The translations under genes and the position numbers were made by a program. Source: a virus (Duplodnaviria; Caudoviricetes). Taken from it: a stretch of DNA of 64,000 nucleotides. Below the pieces are notes generated by a model. The model saw only the letters and a list, made by a program, of their open reading frames with translations, did not search any database and was not told the DNA's origin. Positions 28,962-39,171 of the stretch are shown here, piece by piece; positions within the stretch are counted from its first letter, which is position 1, and each line of letters begins with the position of its first letter. Location of the stretch: positions 113,133 to 177,132 of IMG/VR virus record IMGVR_UViG_3300013121_000023; one strand, written 5' to 3'.

Positions 28962-30910
28962 TTAGCTTCCGCCCAGCTCTTACCTTTAGCGGCAGATGTA
29001 GTTAGCGGTACAGCTAGATCTGTAGGAAACGGATGTTCCATGGTTTCCTTTATGATTGGTAGACATATATCTACATATTCATCAGGGCACTCGAACACAA
29101 GTTCGTCATGTACCTGAACTAGCATTTTGCAGCCGTATTTTTTCTTCAGTCCTAGAGCTTCTACCTTAAGCATTGCGCACATAGCTACGTCAGCGGCAGA
29201 CCCTTGTATAGGAGCATTGCTAGCCTGTCTTTGCGCTCTGCTTATGTCAGACCTTTTGAGTGACCGAAGCTCTTTAAGGTACCTTCTACGTCCAAGAACA
29301 GTAAAGGCGTATCCGTAGGTAACTGCTTCTTCAACAGCGGATTGAAAGAAGTGCTTAACAGCCGGATATCTACCCAGGTATAGCTCGATAAGGCCTTCGG
29401 CCTTATCCACCGTGCAGCCTATTCTGGACGCCAGAGAATTGGCTCCCATCCCGTAATTTAGACCAAACCCTATTGCCTTAGCTGCTTGCCTAGCCCACAT
29501 GATTCTTTCTATTTCATGCAATTGCTGAGGTGTTATTGTTTTCGCAAGGTCACCAGTTTTGTCCTGCTTTAGCGCACCTTCTGTTTTCTTAGCCCAAATG
29601 AAGTCTTTATAAGTTATCTCTCTCTTCAACTCATCGCTTAGTATTGGGCCGAATACCAGTTCGGCGTTACCCATATGTATGTCTTTGCCCTCCAAAAAGA
29701 TGGCAATCATATCTGGCTCCATGGCGGCTGCCGCCAGTAGCCTCATCTCAAGCTGTTCGTAGTCTATAACTATGAGACTACAGTTTTCACTGGATATGAA
29801 AGCTTTGCGCATACCAAATTTATCTGAGTCTGGTCTTGGTATGTTTTGTACGTTTATGTTGCTTGAGCTAAGTCTTCCAGTTCTGGCTATGTCTTGGTTA
29901 AATCTGTAGCCTACTCTACCGTTAATCAGCATCTTATCTATGCCGTAAACGTAGGTTTTTAGTATCTTGCTGAGTTTCCTGTGCCTCACCACTATCGGTA
30001 CTATGGGATCTTTATCTGCTATTTCATCAAGTGTCTTTTTGTCTACGGATTTATTACCTGATTTAGTCTTTATACCTCTTTCTTCAAAAAGATATTTCGC
30101 TAGCTGTTGGTTGGAAGAAATATTGATTGGCTTACCAGCTATTTTCCAAGCTTCCTTTTCTATGGAAGCTATTTCATCCAGCATTGGTTTTTCTAGGTCT
30201 TTTAGTTTCTTTGTGTCTACTTTAAATCTGTTTCTTTCGCATTCGTACAGCACCTTTGTAAAAGGTGCGCACAACATGAAGAAGTATTCCAGAAGAGTAG
30301 GGTACTTATCAGGGTATAGCGAGTAAGTATTGGCCTCTTCTAGTTCTTGCAACAACGCATAGTATAGCTTCAAAGTTCCGTAGGCGTCGTTTGCTGTGTA
30401 CTCAACAAGTGCGCTTTTATTCTTGCGCTCCATTTCCATAAGTAGGTCTAGAGGTCTGCTTCCTTCCTCTTTGCCGATCTTGCCAAATGTGGATTCAAAA
30501 CTACGCCATGTCCACCCCAGTATTTGGTGAGTCATTTCTTTAAGGCCGTGTGGTTTTTCCTCATATAGCAAGGCGTGCATGACTGATACGTCTGCTATCG
30601 TACCCTCCAGCCAAACCCCACAATTCTGTAGCATGTGCATATCGAATTTGGCGTTGCACATGATCCATATTTTGTTTGGGTCTGTGAACGCCTCTTTGAA
30701 GAATGGAAAAGTACTTGCCGGCATACTTATTCGACGGTCTGCGAAAGCTATGGACCAGTAGTAAGCCCTATCACGAGCCGTATCTAGACCGGATGTCTCT
30801 GTGTCTATTGCTATCTCTACGGCCGAATTCACATCCACTACAAGTTTGTCTATATCGTGCGATGTCAAATCAAACCATTCGGCATCTGGTAGTTCTACAT
30901 TCCATGCCAT
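28958..30910 (-). CDS. DNA polymerase family A with 3'-5' exonuclease
   Basis: DTETSGL, NAKFD, TGRLSS..N.QNIP, DYEQLEMR, K...FG..YG, IQGSAAD, VHDE. Confidence 0.95.
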   Translation of the reverse strand: MAWNVELPDAEWFDLTSHDIDKLVVDVNSAVEIAIDTETSGLDTARDRAYYWSIAFADRRISMPASTFPFFKEAFTDPNKIWIMCNAKFDMHMLQNCGVWLEGTIADVSVMHALLYEEKPHGLKEMTHQILGWTWRSFESTFGKIGKEEGSRPLDLLMEMERKNKSALVEYTANDAYGTLKLYYALLQELEEANTYSLYPDKYPTLLEYFFMLCAPFTKVLYECERNRFKVDTKKLKDLEKPMLDEIASIEKEAWKIAGKPINISSNQQLAKYLFEERGIKTKSGNKSVDKKTLDEIADKDPIVPIVVRHRKLSKILKTYVYGIDKMLINGRVGYRFNQDIARTGRLSSSNINVQNIPRPDSDKFGMRKAFISSENCSLIVIDYEQLEMRLLAAAAMEPDMIAIFLEGKDIHMGNAELVFGPILSDELKREITYKDFIWAKKTEGALKQDKTGDLAKTITPQQLHEIERIMWARQAAKAIGFGLNYGMGANSLASRIGCTVDKAEGLIELYLGRYPAVKHFFQSAVEEAVTYGYAFTVLGRRRYLKELRSLKRSDISRAQRQASNAPIQGSAADVAMCAMLKVEALGLKKKYGCKMLVQVHDELVFECPDEYVDICLPIIKETMEHPFPTDLAVPLTTSAAKGKSWAEAK

Positions 30911-30924
30911 AGAAACCTCGTAGG

Positions 30925-30960
30925 TAAAAAAGAAAAGGGCCCGCTTAGCAGGCCCTCTTC
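30925..30960 (-). terminator. Intrinsic terminator
   Basis: gagggcctgc/gcgggccctt stem plus T-run. Confidence 0.6.
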
Positions 30961-30978
30961 TCGTCTCTGTTCGTTTAA

Positions 30979-32193
30979 TAACTCAACAGATTCTTCGTCG
31001 TCGTCCTCTACAGTTCGATCTTCAAAATGTACCGGTGTGCCTTCTTCTGGTGATGGCTCTCCGTACACATTGATCTGGTCGCTCCAGCTATCTGGCACGT
31101 ATACCCTTGGAAAATCAAAGGGTACAGCCATCTTGCTGTATTTTGGATCTATAACAGAAGGCGCCGATATACGAACCATGTCTAGCTGGGTCTTCTTGGT
31201 TTGTGGCTGCCCAGGATTCCCTGGATCAGTTACTACCGTTCGTATATCTATGTCTACGTCAAACAACGATGCTCTTCTGGCATCATTGCATTGAGTACAC
31301 CAGAACTTCTCTTGCAGTAGACCGATGTTTTTGCACTTAGGGCAATTATAGGGTCTGCTGGTTAGAGCAGATATCTGCTCGTCTGTTAGCGAGGTGCTGG
31401 TCAAGTCTATGATTGGGTTATCACAGTTTGAGCACAGCCACATTGTGGTTTCTATGCTCTGCTGAGAGCCACACGATGTGCAATCATTCTCAACAGAGCT
31501 ATTCTTTTCCAGCAAGTACTGATGCTGCAATTTGGACAGCTTGAATGGGCGCATCATCGCGTCCACAACCTTCGCTGACATTTGGCAGTGCTGGCAACCT
31601 CTACCCACACATGGCTCCCATGTCATGTATGGTTGGTTGGTCCTCGGGTTTACCTTTATCTGCTTCGTTTTGAAGTCAGTTTGAGGTACCTCGTGATATT
31701 TGTGTATGTGTAGAACATTCCATACATACTTGTGGGATTTACTTACATAACCAGCTTCAACATTTGAATTTTTGAACTCATAAAATATGTCGCAACCTCT
31801 ACACGGCTTTCTGTGCTCTCTAGTAAAGTGCAGAGGTCCGCCGCTACATATGGTTGATTTCTTGTTTCTTGCGTTGTAATGCTGAACAAACTTAAAGAAT
31901 TCGGATTCTGTTTCATACAGTTCGAATCCCCAAGAACCGTCTTCGCGGTCTACCCTACTCGGTATCTGCAACTTATAAGAACCCCGTATGAGGCGTATCT
32001 TGTCGCTTTTACCGGCCAGTTCAGTCGGTCTGAAGCCGGGATCGTATTTAGATAGGAACGGTCCCTGTCTGGTACCGCCGCCGCCAGACATAGCGGCTAG
32101 CGCTCTTTCTCGCTGTGACAGCGAAAGCGAGCCGGGCTTAATTCCGTACTTATCCAGCTTGTTCAACACGTTTGGATCTTTCCCGAATGACAT
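30979..32193 (-). CDS. Putative single-stranded DNA-binding protein, Zn-rich
   Basis: Multiple CxxC, acidic tail ending TTA TTA (standard end 30895); position in replication operon. Confidence 0.6.
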
Positions 32194-33184
32194 GAAACTC
32201 TTTTCCTTTTCTGTTTTCCAAAACCCAATTTATCAGAGGTTTCGGTGTCTCATACGATGACTGTATATCAAACTCACTCAAATCATCTGGTTGTTCTACT
32301 TGTTTCAGATACGGCAAAAAATAGACAGATGTTGTGAGTGACAATCTTGCTGCTGCGTCTATGGAGCCTTTTATACCTGCGTCGTTGTTGTCTAGCATCA
32401 AGTATATAGGACAACCCATACGGGTTAGCAACCATTCTTGCTCAAACGTTAGCATTGAGCCGAGTAGTGCTACTGTGTTCCTTATACCAGATTGGTGAAG
32501 TTTCATGCACGCCTTGAATCCTTCGACCAACACAACAGGAGGGGATTTGTTAGTAAAAAACACCTCTGGGTAAACTCTGTGAAAGTTCCAGAGTATGTGG
32601 CTTTTGACTATCTCTCTCCTAGCTAGACCCCATTGTAGGTACTCGGTGTCATATAGTTTGTATCTTGGCGCTTGCCCTGGCATTACTGCTCGGCCAGATA
32701 TACCCTCCAATCTTCCCCTGAAGTCTCTCAGTGGGAAAGTTATACGCATGTTCTTTTTATCGAATCCTACATCAAAGTAGGAAAGCGTTTCTCTGTTGAA
32801 TCCGCTTTTAACCAGGTCCAGTGGTGTGTAGTCAAATAGACCCAGCACGGACTCAGATAGAGGTTCTAGTGTGACCACATTGGGTCTCACACTGCTTTTG
32901 TCAGGTGGTGTTGCCTCTTCCAGTTCTTCCAGAAGAAACCTGTATTGCCTGTTTACTACATCCCTGGAACCACCCAGCTTGCACAGTAGGTTTCTAAACG
33001 TCCCTTTCTCGTGACACGAGAAGCAGAAGAATAGGCCGTTTACTAGGGATATAGCCAACGTGTGCGTTACTACGCTACCCATTGTATGAAATGGGCATGT
33101 CACCTGTACGTTGTTTGGACCAGATCTCTTTACATAGCCGAACCTGTTTTCTATTATTTGGTAAACTTCTTCTCTCGCAGACAT
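32150..33184 (-). CDS. DnaG-type primase
   Basis: CPFH..CFSC Zn finger; TOPRIM VEG, DND.AG. Confidence 0.92.
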   Translation of the reverse strand: MSAREEVYQIIENRFGYVKRSGPNNVQVTCPFHTMGSVVTHTLAISLVNGLFFCFSCHEKGTFRNLLCKLGGSRDVVNRQYRFLLEELEEATPPDKSSVRPNVVTLEPLSESVLGLFDYTPLDLVKSGFNRETLSYFDVGFDKKNMRITFPLRDFRGRLEGISGRAVMPGQAPRYKLYDTEYLQWGLARREIVKSHILWNFHRVYPEVFFTNKSPPVVLVEGFKACMKLHQSGIRNTVALLGSMLTFEQEWLLTRMGCPIYLMLDNNDAGIKGSIDAAARLSLTTSVYFLPYLKQVEQPDDLSEFDIQSSYETPKPLINWVLENRKGKEFHVIRERSKRVEQAG

Positions 33185-34623
33185 AATAGACCGTCTATGT
33201 TTTCTGGTACGATATCTTTAAGGGCTTGTTCAAGCTCTGTTTCTTTTTTGGACTTGCCTTTCTTCTTAGCTATTTTGTTAGCCACCTCTTCTGTCAGTTC
33301 TTCTTTAAGAGCTTCTTGATCGTCTCTTGTTTTCTCTGTTTCAATAGCGTACTTATTCAAAACCTCTATAAACTCAAAGTTAGTACATGGTTTTGCATGA
33401 ATCTTAAAACCATCCAGGCTGTACTCACGGGCACCGCCTACACTCAGAGTGATAGTTCTATCTATGTAGTTAGGTATGGACCTAGCGAATAGGGTTGCGT
33501 CTTGAGCGATAGCATCGCTGTATCCAATATCAGAGCTAGACGCTTCCTCTTTTTTGTCTGCCGTTCTATTTGCCTGTGTTGTTCCGATGATAGGTACGCC
33601 AAAGTCGAGCGGTATGCCGCGCAAGCTTCTGGAGATGCCCATAACTCTTTGCCACTCTTGTGCTCTGGATGAGCCTTCATCGGAAGACATCAGGTAGAAA
33701 CCGTCGATACCTACTACAGAAGGCTTGTAGTGGTTTATCTTGCTCCTTATCCACATCGGTGTGTCCTTGCCCACACCAACGTCTCTACCAGACAGAACTA
33801 TGATGTCATTGTATCCATTAGATGCGGCTTTCTTTTCGTTCAGAACGTCTTTGAATTGGTAGAACGTATCTCTCATATCGCTGTTCAAGCGACCGAATTT
33901 TACGTCTCCGTAAGCCGCTCTGATATAGAAAGCAGCTATGCGCATCAGTATATTCTTGGGTGTCATTTCTTTGGTATATATGACCACCCTATGTCCTATC
34001 GCGTACGCGAAGGCCAACAAATAGCAGAGAACAAACGTTTTCATGCTTTTTGGTCTTCCGTATATGACGTTAAAATCGGCTCCTTCTATGCCGCCGGTTA
34101 TGTTCGTCACATCGCTCCACGGCCAAGGTAGAACACAATTGGTTTCTCCACTTGCCAGTTTGTCGTAGTCGAACAGTATCTCATCGAACATGTCTGAGAA
34201 TGTATGGTCTGTTCTTCTAGACGAGTTCTCTTGAACTATCTCTTGCGAAATAGTCAGGAGTAGCTGAGCTGCGTATACTGGATCGTCATCTTTTGCAGCG
34301 GCTACTTTTAGCAGCAAGTCTTGAACTGATATTCTGGCTTTTGCTTTTTTGACTTCGTGTATTATTGCATCGATAGTCATGCTTTCGTCATCAACAAGAT
34401 CGTACGAGGGGAAGTACTCGTTCATCATGTTGGGGCCGAAAACGGCTAGTTTGGTGGTTGGGTTTTTAGCGTAGTCGCACAGGGTGAAGAATATGGCCTT
34501 ATCACTTGCCGTACCCATGTGCTCAGCAGTGATACCTTCTTCGAGCACATGGGTCAGTAGGTCGAAAGCTTTGCCACCGCTACCGATTATCTTAGACAAA
34601 AGTATAGTAGACGGACTAGCCAT
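33184..34623 (-). CDS. DnaB-like replicative helicase
   Basis: GRPKSMKT, EM, IDG, QANR, SD.I.QDA; TTATG overlap. Confidence 0.88.
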
Positions 34624-34666
34624 GAGGCTCCTTTCTAGACCAGAAAGCCCCCTTTCGGGGGCTTTT

Positions 34667-34978
34667 TAAACCTGGCTCGGGTTCTTTGCTGGCCCAAGCG
34701 GCAACGATGCCAGACTCGCTGCTTGATGCGCTGGTGGGCCCATCGAACAAGACACGTAGTACATCTTGTTCGTAGCTGGCGAGAAACTTTTGGAAAAGTT
34801 CTTTGGTCTCATCGCTCATGACAGCGCTGGTGCCGTGGGAGAACGCCATAGTACCACCCGTTTTTGTATTTACAAGGGCCGTTCTGACAGACACGGAGAA
34901 GCCCCCGTGTTCGTGCTTGAACTCACCGTCATAAACCACCACAGCATCAAATTTTGGTATCCCAGATATAGGTGTCAC
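34667..34978 (-). CDS. Hypothetical protein
   Basis: TTA directly before hairpin at 34644-34666 (standard end 34616). Confidence 0.6.
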
Positions 34979-35259
34979 TGCTTCACCGTTGCTGAGGCCA
35001 CATCAAACGCATCCATGGCTAGTTCATGTGCTTCTCTCATAGTTCTAGTTTTTGCTTCTTCGAGCATGTGTTCGTTCTGGTCGCACTCTAGTTCTACTTC
35101 TGCGTACACTTTAATTTGGCCGAAGTCAGATGAAAATCCCATTCCTATTCTGATCCTAGCTTTTCCTTTTGATGGGTCTCTTACGTATTCGTCCACAACA
35201 GTTGAGCCTTGTTTCATTTCTTCTTTATCTCCAATCTTCGTATGAACGTAATACTTCAT
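34975..35259 (-). CDS. Hypothetical protein
   Basis: Coupled ORF. Confidence 0.6.
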   Translation of the reverse strand: MKYYVHTKIGDKEEMKQGSTVVDEYVRDPSKGKARIRIGMGFSSDFGQIKVYAEVELECDQNEHMLEEAKTRTMREAHELAMDAFDVASATVKQ

Positions 35260-35666
35260 TTCTTGTATCTAAGTTCTTGTATTTCAAAGTTTGCATCTGG
35301 GGGAATAACACCGTCAGATTTCATTCTTTCGTAGTCGTCTTCATTTATTTTAAATGTGTTTGTAGTCTCTATTACGCCTCCGTACTGCAAGAACACGGAT
35401 TGACCGACAAAATCAGCCAGGTCTTTGCCGCGTATCTTATTTACTACGGCGTGTACTTTGAACGGGCCGCAGTTGACTCTCATTTCTCGTACAACTCTAT
35501 CTGCATCGTCTTTAGCGGCGTTGCAGTCGTCTAGCAGCTTTTGATACTCCATGAACGTTACCGAATTCGCGGTTATGAACCTATCTAGACGTTCTTTAGC
35601 CTCCACATAAGCAGTAACTTGAGGTATCTCGGCTACGTCTACTTCTTGAATGGATATCTTTTTCAT
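35256..35666 (-). CDS. Hypothetical protein
   Basis: Coupled ORF, AGGAG RBS. Confidence 0.6.
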   Translation of the reverse strand: MKKISIQEVDVAEIPQVTAYVEAKERLDRFITANSVTFMEYQKLLDDCNAAKDDADRVVREMRVNCGPFKVHAVVNKIRGKDLADFVGQSVFLQYGGVIETTNTFKINEDDYERMKSDGVIPPDANFEIQELRYKK

Positions 35667-36427
35667 GCCGGGGTCTCCTTGTTGTGTAGCTCAACGTAGT
35701 AGCGCCACGCTCTAGTAACGTATCGTATGTCATCTATAAATTCGTTTTTGTCGCTCCTGCCCTTCATGTCACCTATATTCTTCAGAATGGTTGCTGGGTG
35801 CCATGTAGGCATAACTAGGTACGGTACTTGTTGTACGTAGTTAGACACTACGTAGGAATCGTCACTCTTTCTGAAGAATCTGTTGCTCTTACCTGGTGTT
35901 TTTATACGTAGTATTTTACCGTCATGATATGCGTGGAAAGGTTTTCCTCTACAGCTATTTATGTTCACATGTTTTCCTAGGACAGCAGATGTAGCAGTGG
36001 TCCCGAAAGTTATCACCGCAAATGGTTCTAGTGCATATAGCTCTTTGTACAGCCTTACATGGCAAGCGTCTTGGCTGTCTTTGGGTGGGTCTTTATCTTT
36101 GTACATTATATGACCGTGACGCATCATTGGCTGACCACTGTCGTCCATAACCATGTCACAGGCCCTGCACATGATTGAATGCGTCAGGTAGTAGTCTTTG
36201 AGTCCTATTTTATCTAGGACGCCTCTGACGAACTCACCTGTAGTGCCAGCAAATGCAGATCCCGAAGACTCGCCAGACCATATAGGAGCCTCATCTACAA
36301 AAACTATCTTACCCAGACCGCTTAGCTCACCGAAGCATATCTGACCGTTTACTAGCTTCCTGTGCTCGGACAGTGAGCACCTCTCACAGTTTGTATACTC
36401 TTCTTTTATAATCTGTAGCTGTCTCAT
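35663..36427 (-). CDS. Uracil-DNA glycosylase family 4-like
   Basis: C..C.L, EAP, F.G..G, CR, TWHPA. Confidence 0.85.
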   Translation of the reverse strand: MRQLQIIKEEYTNCERCSLSEHRKLVNGQICFGELSGLGKIVFVDEAPIWSGESSGSAFAGTTGEFVRGVLDKIGLKDYYLTHSIMCRACDMVMDDSGQPMMRHGHIMYKDKDPPKDSQDACHVRLYKELYALEPFAVITFGTTATSAVLGKHVNINSCRGKPFHAYHDGKILRIKTPGKSNRFFRKSDDSYVVSNYVQQVPYLVMPTWHPATILKNIGDMKGRSDKNEFIDDIRYVTRAWRYYVELHNKETPA

Positions 36428-36774
36428 GTGATTAGAGATGTTCTGGTTTCCTTTGATTTACAGTTTTCTATGTAGTCCTTGTACATCTTAAACAGTTGAG
36501 ACTTTACGTCTAGAATTACTACGCTCGATGGCTTTACGTACACACTACCAAAATCAGTTCCGCATAGGCCCTTAACCAACGGTATGACGGTAGGAGCAAC
36601 ACCTCCCAAACTTGTTCTTTGCTGAACTATGATTTCTTCAAGCTCGATGGCGTTTTGCATCGCCAAGTAGTTACCTGGCGTATCTATCTCTTTCTTAAAG
36701 TCTTCCATTCTTATAGAGCCTACATACTTGATGCCGGATGTAGACGCGATACACACAATAACTTCTTCAGGCAT
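36424..36774 (-). CDS. Hypothetical protein
   Basis: Coupled ORF. Confidence 0.6.
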   Translation of the reverse strand: MPEEVIVCIASTSGIKYVGSIRMEDFKKEIDTPGNYLAMQNAIELEEIIVQQRTSLGGVAPTVIPLVKGLCGTDFGSVYVKPSSVVILDVKSQLFKMYKDYIENCKSKETRTSLIT

Positions 36775-36775
36775 G

Positions 36776-38398
36776 TCAAACCTCTACGATCTCGAACGGA
36801 CCACCTTGGTCCTCTGGCCAGTTCTTCAGAGCCCTTTTCATTTTGGCGAAAAGACCGCTTATTAGCGGAGCTTGGTCTTTTATGGCTATGACCCTCGGAG
36901 CTGGCTTCGTTGGGTGGGCCCTTAGAACCCTACCTATTACCTGAGCCAAAGAACCTTCACCAGCAGTTTCTTCTACCACAGGCTCACACATGATAACCGT
37001 AGACAAACTATCTTTATCAAAGGCCTCTTTTCCATATTTTGCTACGGCCAATATCACTCTTTTAGATATGGCTGCCTTTCTTCCAGCGGCTTTTACTTCT
37101 TCTATTACAAACCCTATATCGTTTCTTCCGGCTACGGTTAGTGCCTTAGCTATAAATTGTCTACGTAGCTGCTTCTTTCTTTTTATGACGGCTATGTGCG
37201 CTTCGTGTCCTCTTAGTATGGCGTATAGGCCAGGTTCTCTTCTAGTATCATATATCTGCTTAAGCTCCTCGTAATTATCTATCTCTTCTGTATGTGCAAC
37301 ATCTTCAAAGCCAACATCTTTTGGGCGTACGTTAGTCTCATCTTTGTACATAGCTTGATTACAAAGTATGGAGTATATGTTGAACAATTCTTCTGTTGAA
37401 TAAGAAAGTACAAGTATGTCTCTTTGTTGAGCTGCTTCTACTCTGATTACATCCACTATTTTGCGTATTCTTGGTATGTTTCTACCTAGATGTATGGCTA
37501 GTTTTACGTAGTGAAAGTTGTTTGACTTGTCGCATATTTCTTGTGCCACTTTTTCATCGTTAGGGTCTAGCACACAACCACTGTTCAAAAGAATGACTTG
37601 TGGAGACATTCTTTGTTTTAGGTTTTTGTGTATGACTGGACCTATGTGGTTTCTATAGATTAGGTCTCTACCGTCATTTCTCACAGGTGTGGCGCTAAGT
37701 ATCAATCGCCTACCGTAAAATGAGTAAGCGGTTTTGCTGAATGTTTCTGCTCCCACATGGTGACCTTCGTCCCATATGACCGTCCTGAAGTGCCTTCTCA
37801 TCTGCTCAGGCATACTGTCGGACATAGCTGCAACGGTATGATAGGTACCTAGTACCAATGGTCTGTCCCACACCCTAGTAGCACTCTTTAGTTCTCCTAT
37901 GTCTTTTGGTTCTAGACACAGGTTTTTTAGAGCCTGTGCTTTCCACTGTTCCAGTAGTTGTGTGTCCGGTACTAGAACAAGTGCCGGTGCGCCTATTGTG
38001 GCTATATAGTGCAGAGCTATTATTGTTTTACCTTTGCCGCACGCTAGGCACAATATCCCGTCTCTAGTCAATGATTCAAAAGCATCTCTTTGTGTAGTAT
38101 CGTTGCGATTCAAATAATCTAGTTCTATCTTACTGGTAATACGTATTTGAGGACTCAGCTCAGGGGTAGCGTCAATGATATCGAAGCTGTACGCCTCCGA
38201 TTCGTCGTACATTCCCCTGGCGACAAGTAGATGATTATCTGTCTCCCTGAACAGGTAGACATAGTTTTCTTCATTCTTCCCTTCTTTGACCTTTATAGTC
38301 AGACCATTTTTCATTATTGGTACGTTTATCTCTTTTTTAGGTATCCAAAACCAGTTGTCTAGGTAGCCTTTATTTGGGTCTCTTACTAGTATGCGCAT
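36776..38398 (-). CDS. Superfamily 2 helicase
   Basis: CGKGKT, DEGHH, SATP, QVIGRVLR. Confidence 0.88.
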   Translation of the reverse strand: MRILVRDPNKGYLDNWFWIPKKEINVPIMKNGLTIKVKEGKNEENYVYLFRETDNHLLVARGMYDESEAYSFDIIDATPELSPQIRITSKIELDYLNRNDTTQRDAFESLTRDGILCLACGKGKTIIALHYIATIGAPALVLVPDTQLLEQWKAQALKNLCLEPKDIGELKSATRVWDRPLVLGTYHTVAAMSDSMPEQMRRHFRTVIWDEGHHVGAETFSKTAYSFYGRRLILSATPVRNDGRDLIYRNHIGPVIHKNLKQRMSPQVILLNSGCVLDPNDEKVAQEICDKSNNFHYVKLAIHLGRNIPRIRKIVDVIRVEAAQQRDILVLSYSTEELFNIYSILCNQAMYKDETNVRPKDVGFEDVAHTEEIDNYEELKQIYDTRREPGLYAILRGHEAHIAVIKRKKQLRRQFIAKALTVAGRNDIGFVIEEVKAAGRKAAISKRVILAVAKYGKEAFDKDSLSTVIMCEPVVEETAGEGSLAQVIGRVLRAHPTKPAPRVIAIKDQAPLISGLFAKMKRALKNWPEDQGGPFEIVEV

Positions 38399-38412
38399 AT
38401 GACACCTTTGAG

Positions 38413-38440
38413 TAGCTAAAGAGCATTCTTTCGAATGCTC
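38413..38440 (-). terminator. Terminator with TTTAGCTA tail
   Basis: gagcattc-tttc-gaatgctc next to TAGCTAAA. Confidence 0.7.
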
Positions 38441-38447
38441 AATCTTT

Positions 38448-39083
38448 TTACTTAATCCAGGGCTTGCTGCTTATTGATTTCGCAGTCTGTACCCCTACTG
38501 CGGTAAGTGCTGCCCTTATACCGTCTACTAGTACCCTTTTTATTATTGGTACTTTGGTACCGTCCTCCAGTGCATCTGGTTCCACAGCCTCTAGTATAGA
38601 CGGTACATGCAGGTGGTCCTGCACTACTGTCATGGCTGGTTGTCTGACTGCCATGTTGTTGCTGTGATGTGTTTGTATATATGGTGAGCCACTCGCTGAT
38701 GGTGGCGTAACCGTAGTCCTTCCGGCCGTGGCTGCCTGCGCGATAGGAACAGCCGGTGTAGCTGGCCTGTACTGAGGCAAATATTGCCGTCTCTTTGCCT
38801 CCTCTATTTGCGCACTCTGTACTGTTATTTTGTGTCGGCACGCATCATATACCGCGCATCTAGGTCTTATACGGTCTATCGCATCCGTGTACCCTGGATC
38901 GTACCCCCCGGTACATTCGATATCATTTGAATCGAACATCCTTTTTCTTTCATTGCCTGAATTGCAGTGCGAACAGTTCGACGGTGCAAGACATGGAGAT
39001 AGCTTTTCTTCATATGCTTTTATACTCGGTGTCCATGTTTGGACAACATGAACTAGTCCGAAGCATGGAGGCTCTTCTGACAT
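38448..39083 (-). CDS. Cys-rich hypothetical protein
   Basis: PPCFG..EC..C..Y..C; AGGAG RBS. Confidence 0.65.
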   Translation of the reverse strand: MSEEPPCFGLVHVVQTWTPSIKAYEEKLSPCLAPSNCSHCNSGNERKRMFDSNDIECTGGYDPGYTDAIDRIRPRCAVYDACRHKITVQSAQIEEAKRRQYLPQYRPATPAVPIAQAATAGRTTVTPPSASGSPYIQTHHSNNMAVRQPAMTVVQDHLHVPSILEAVEPDALEDGTKVPIIKRVLVDGIRAALTAVGVQTAKSISSKPWIK

Positions 39084-39171
39084 GCATTTCTCCTTGACAG
39101 ATGTTTATCTATCAGTTTCCTTATGACAGATATCCAATTACCTTTGATGTGTAGGAGAGTGAGGTTTTCCT

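Noticed and set aside
32150-32193. Primase/SSB overlap as further TTA evidence
   Set aside because: No TTA in this tail; it is an ordinary overlap ending at TAA.
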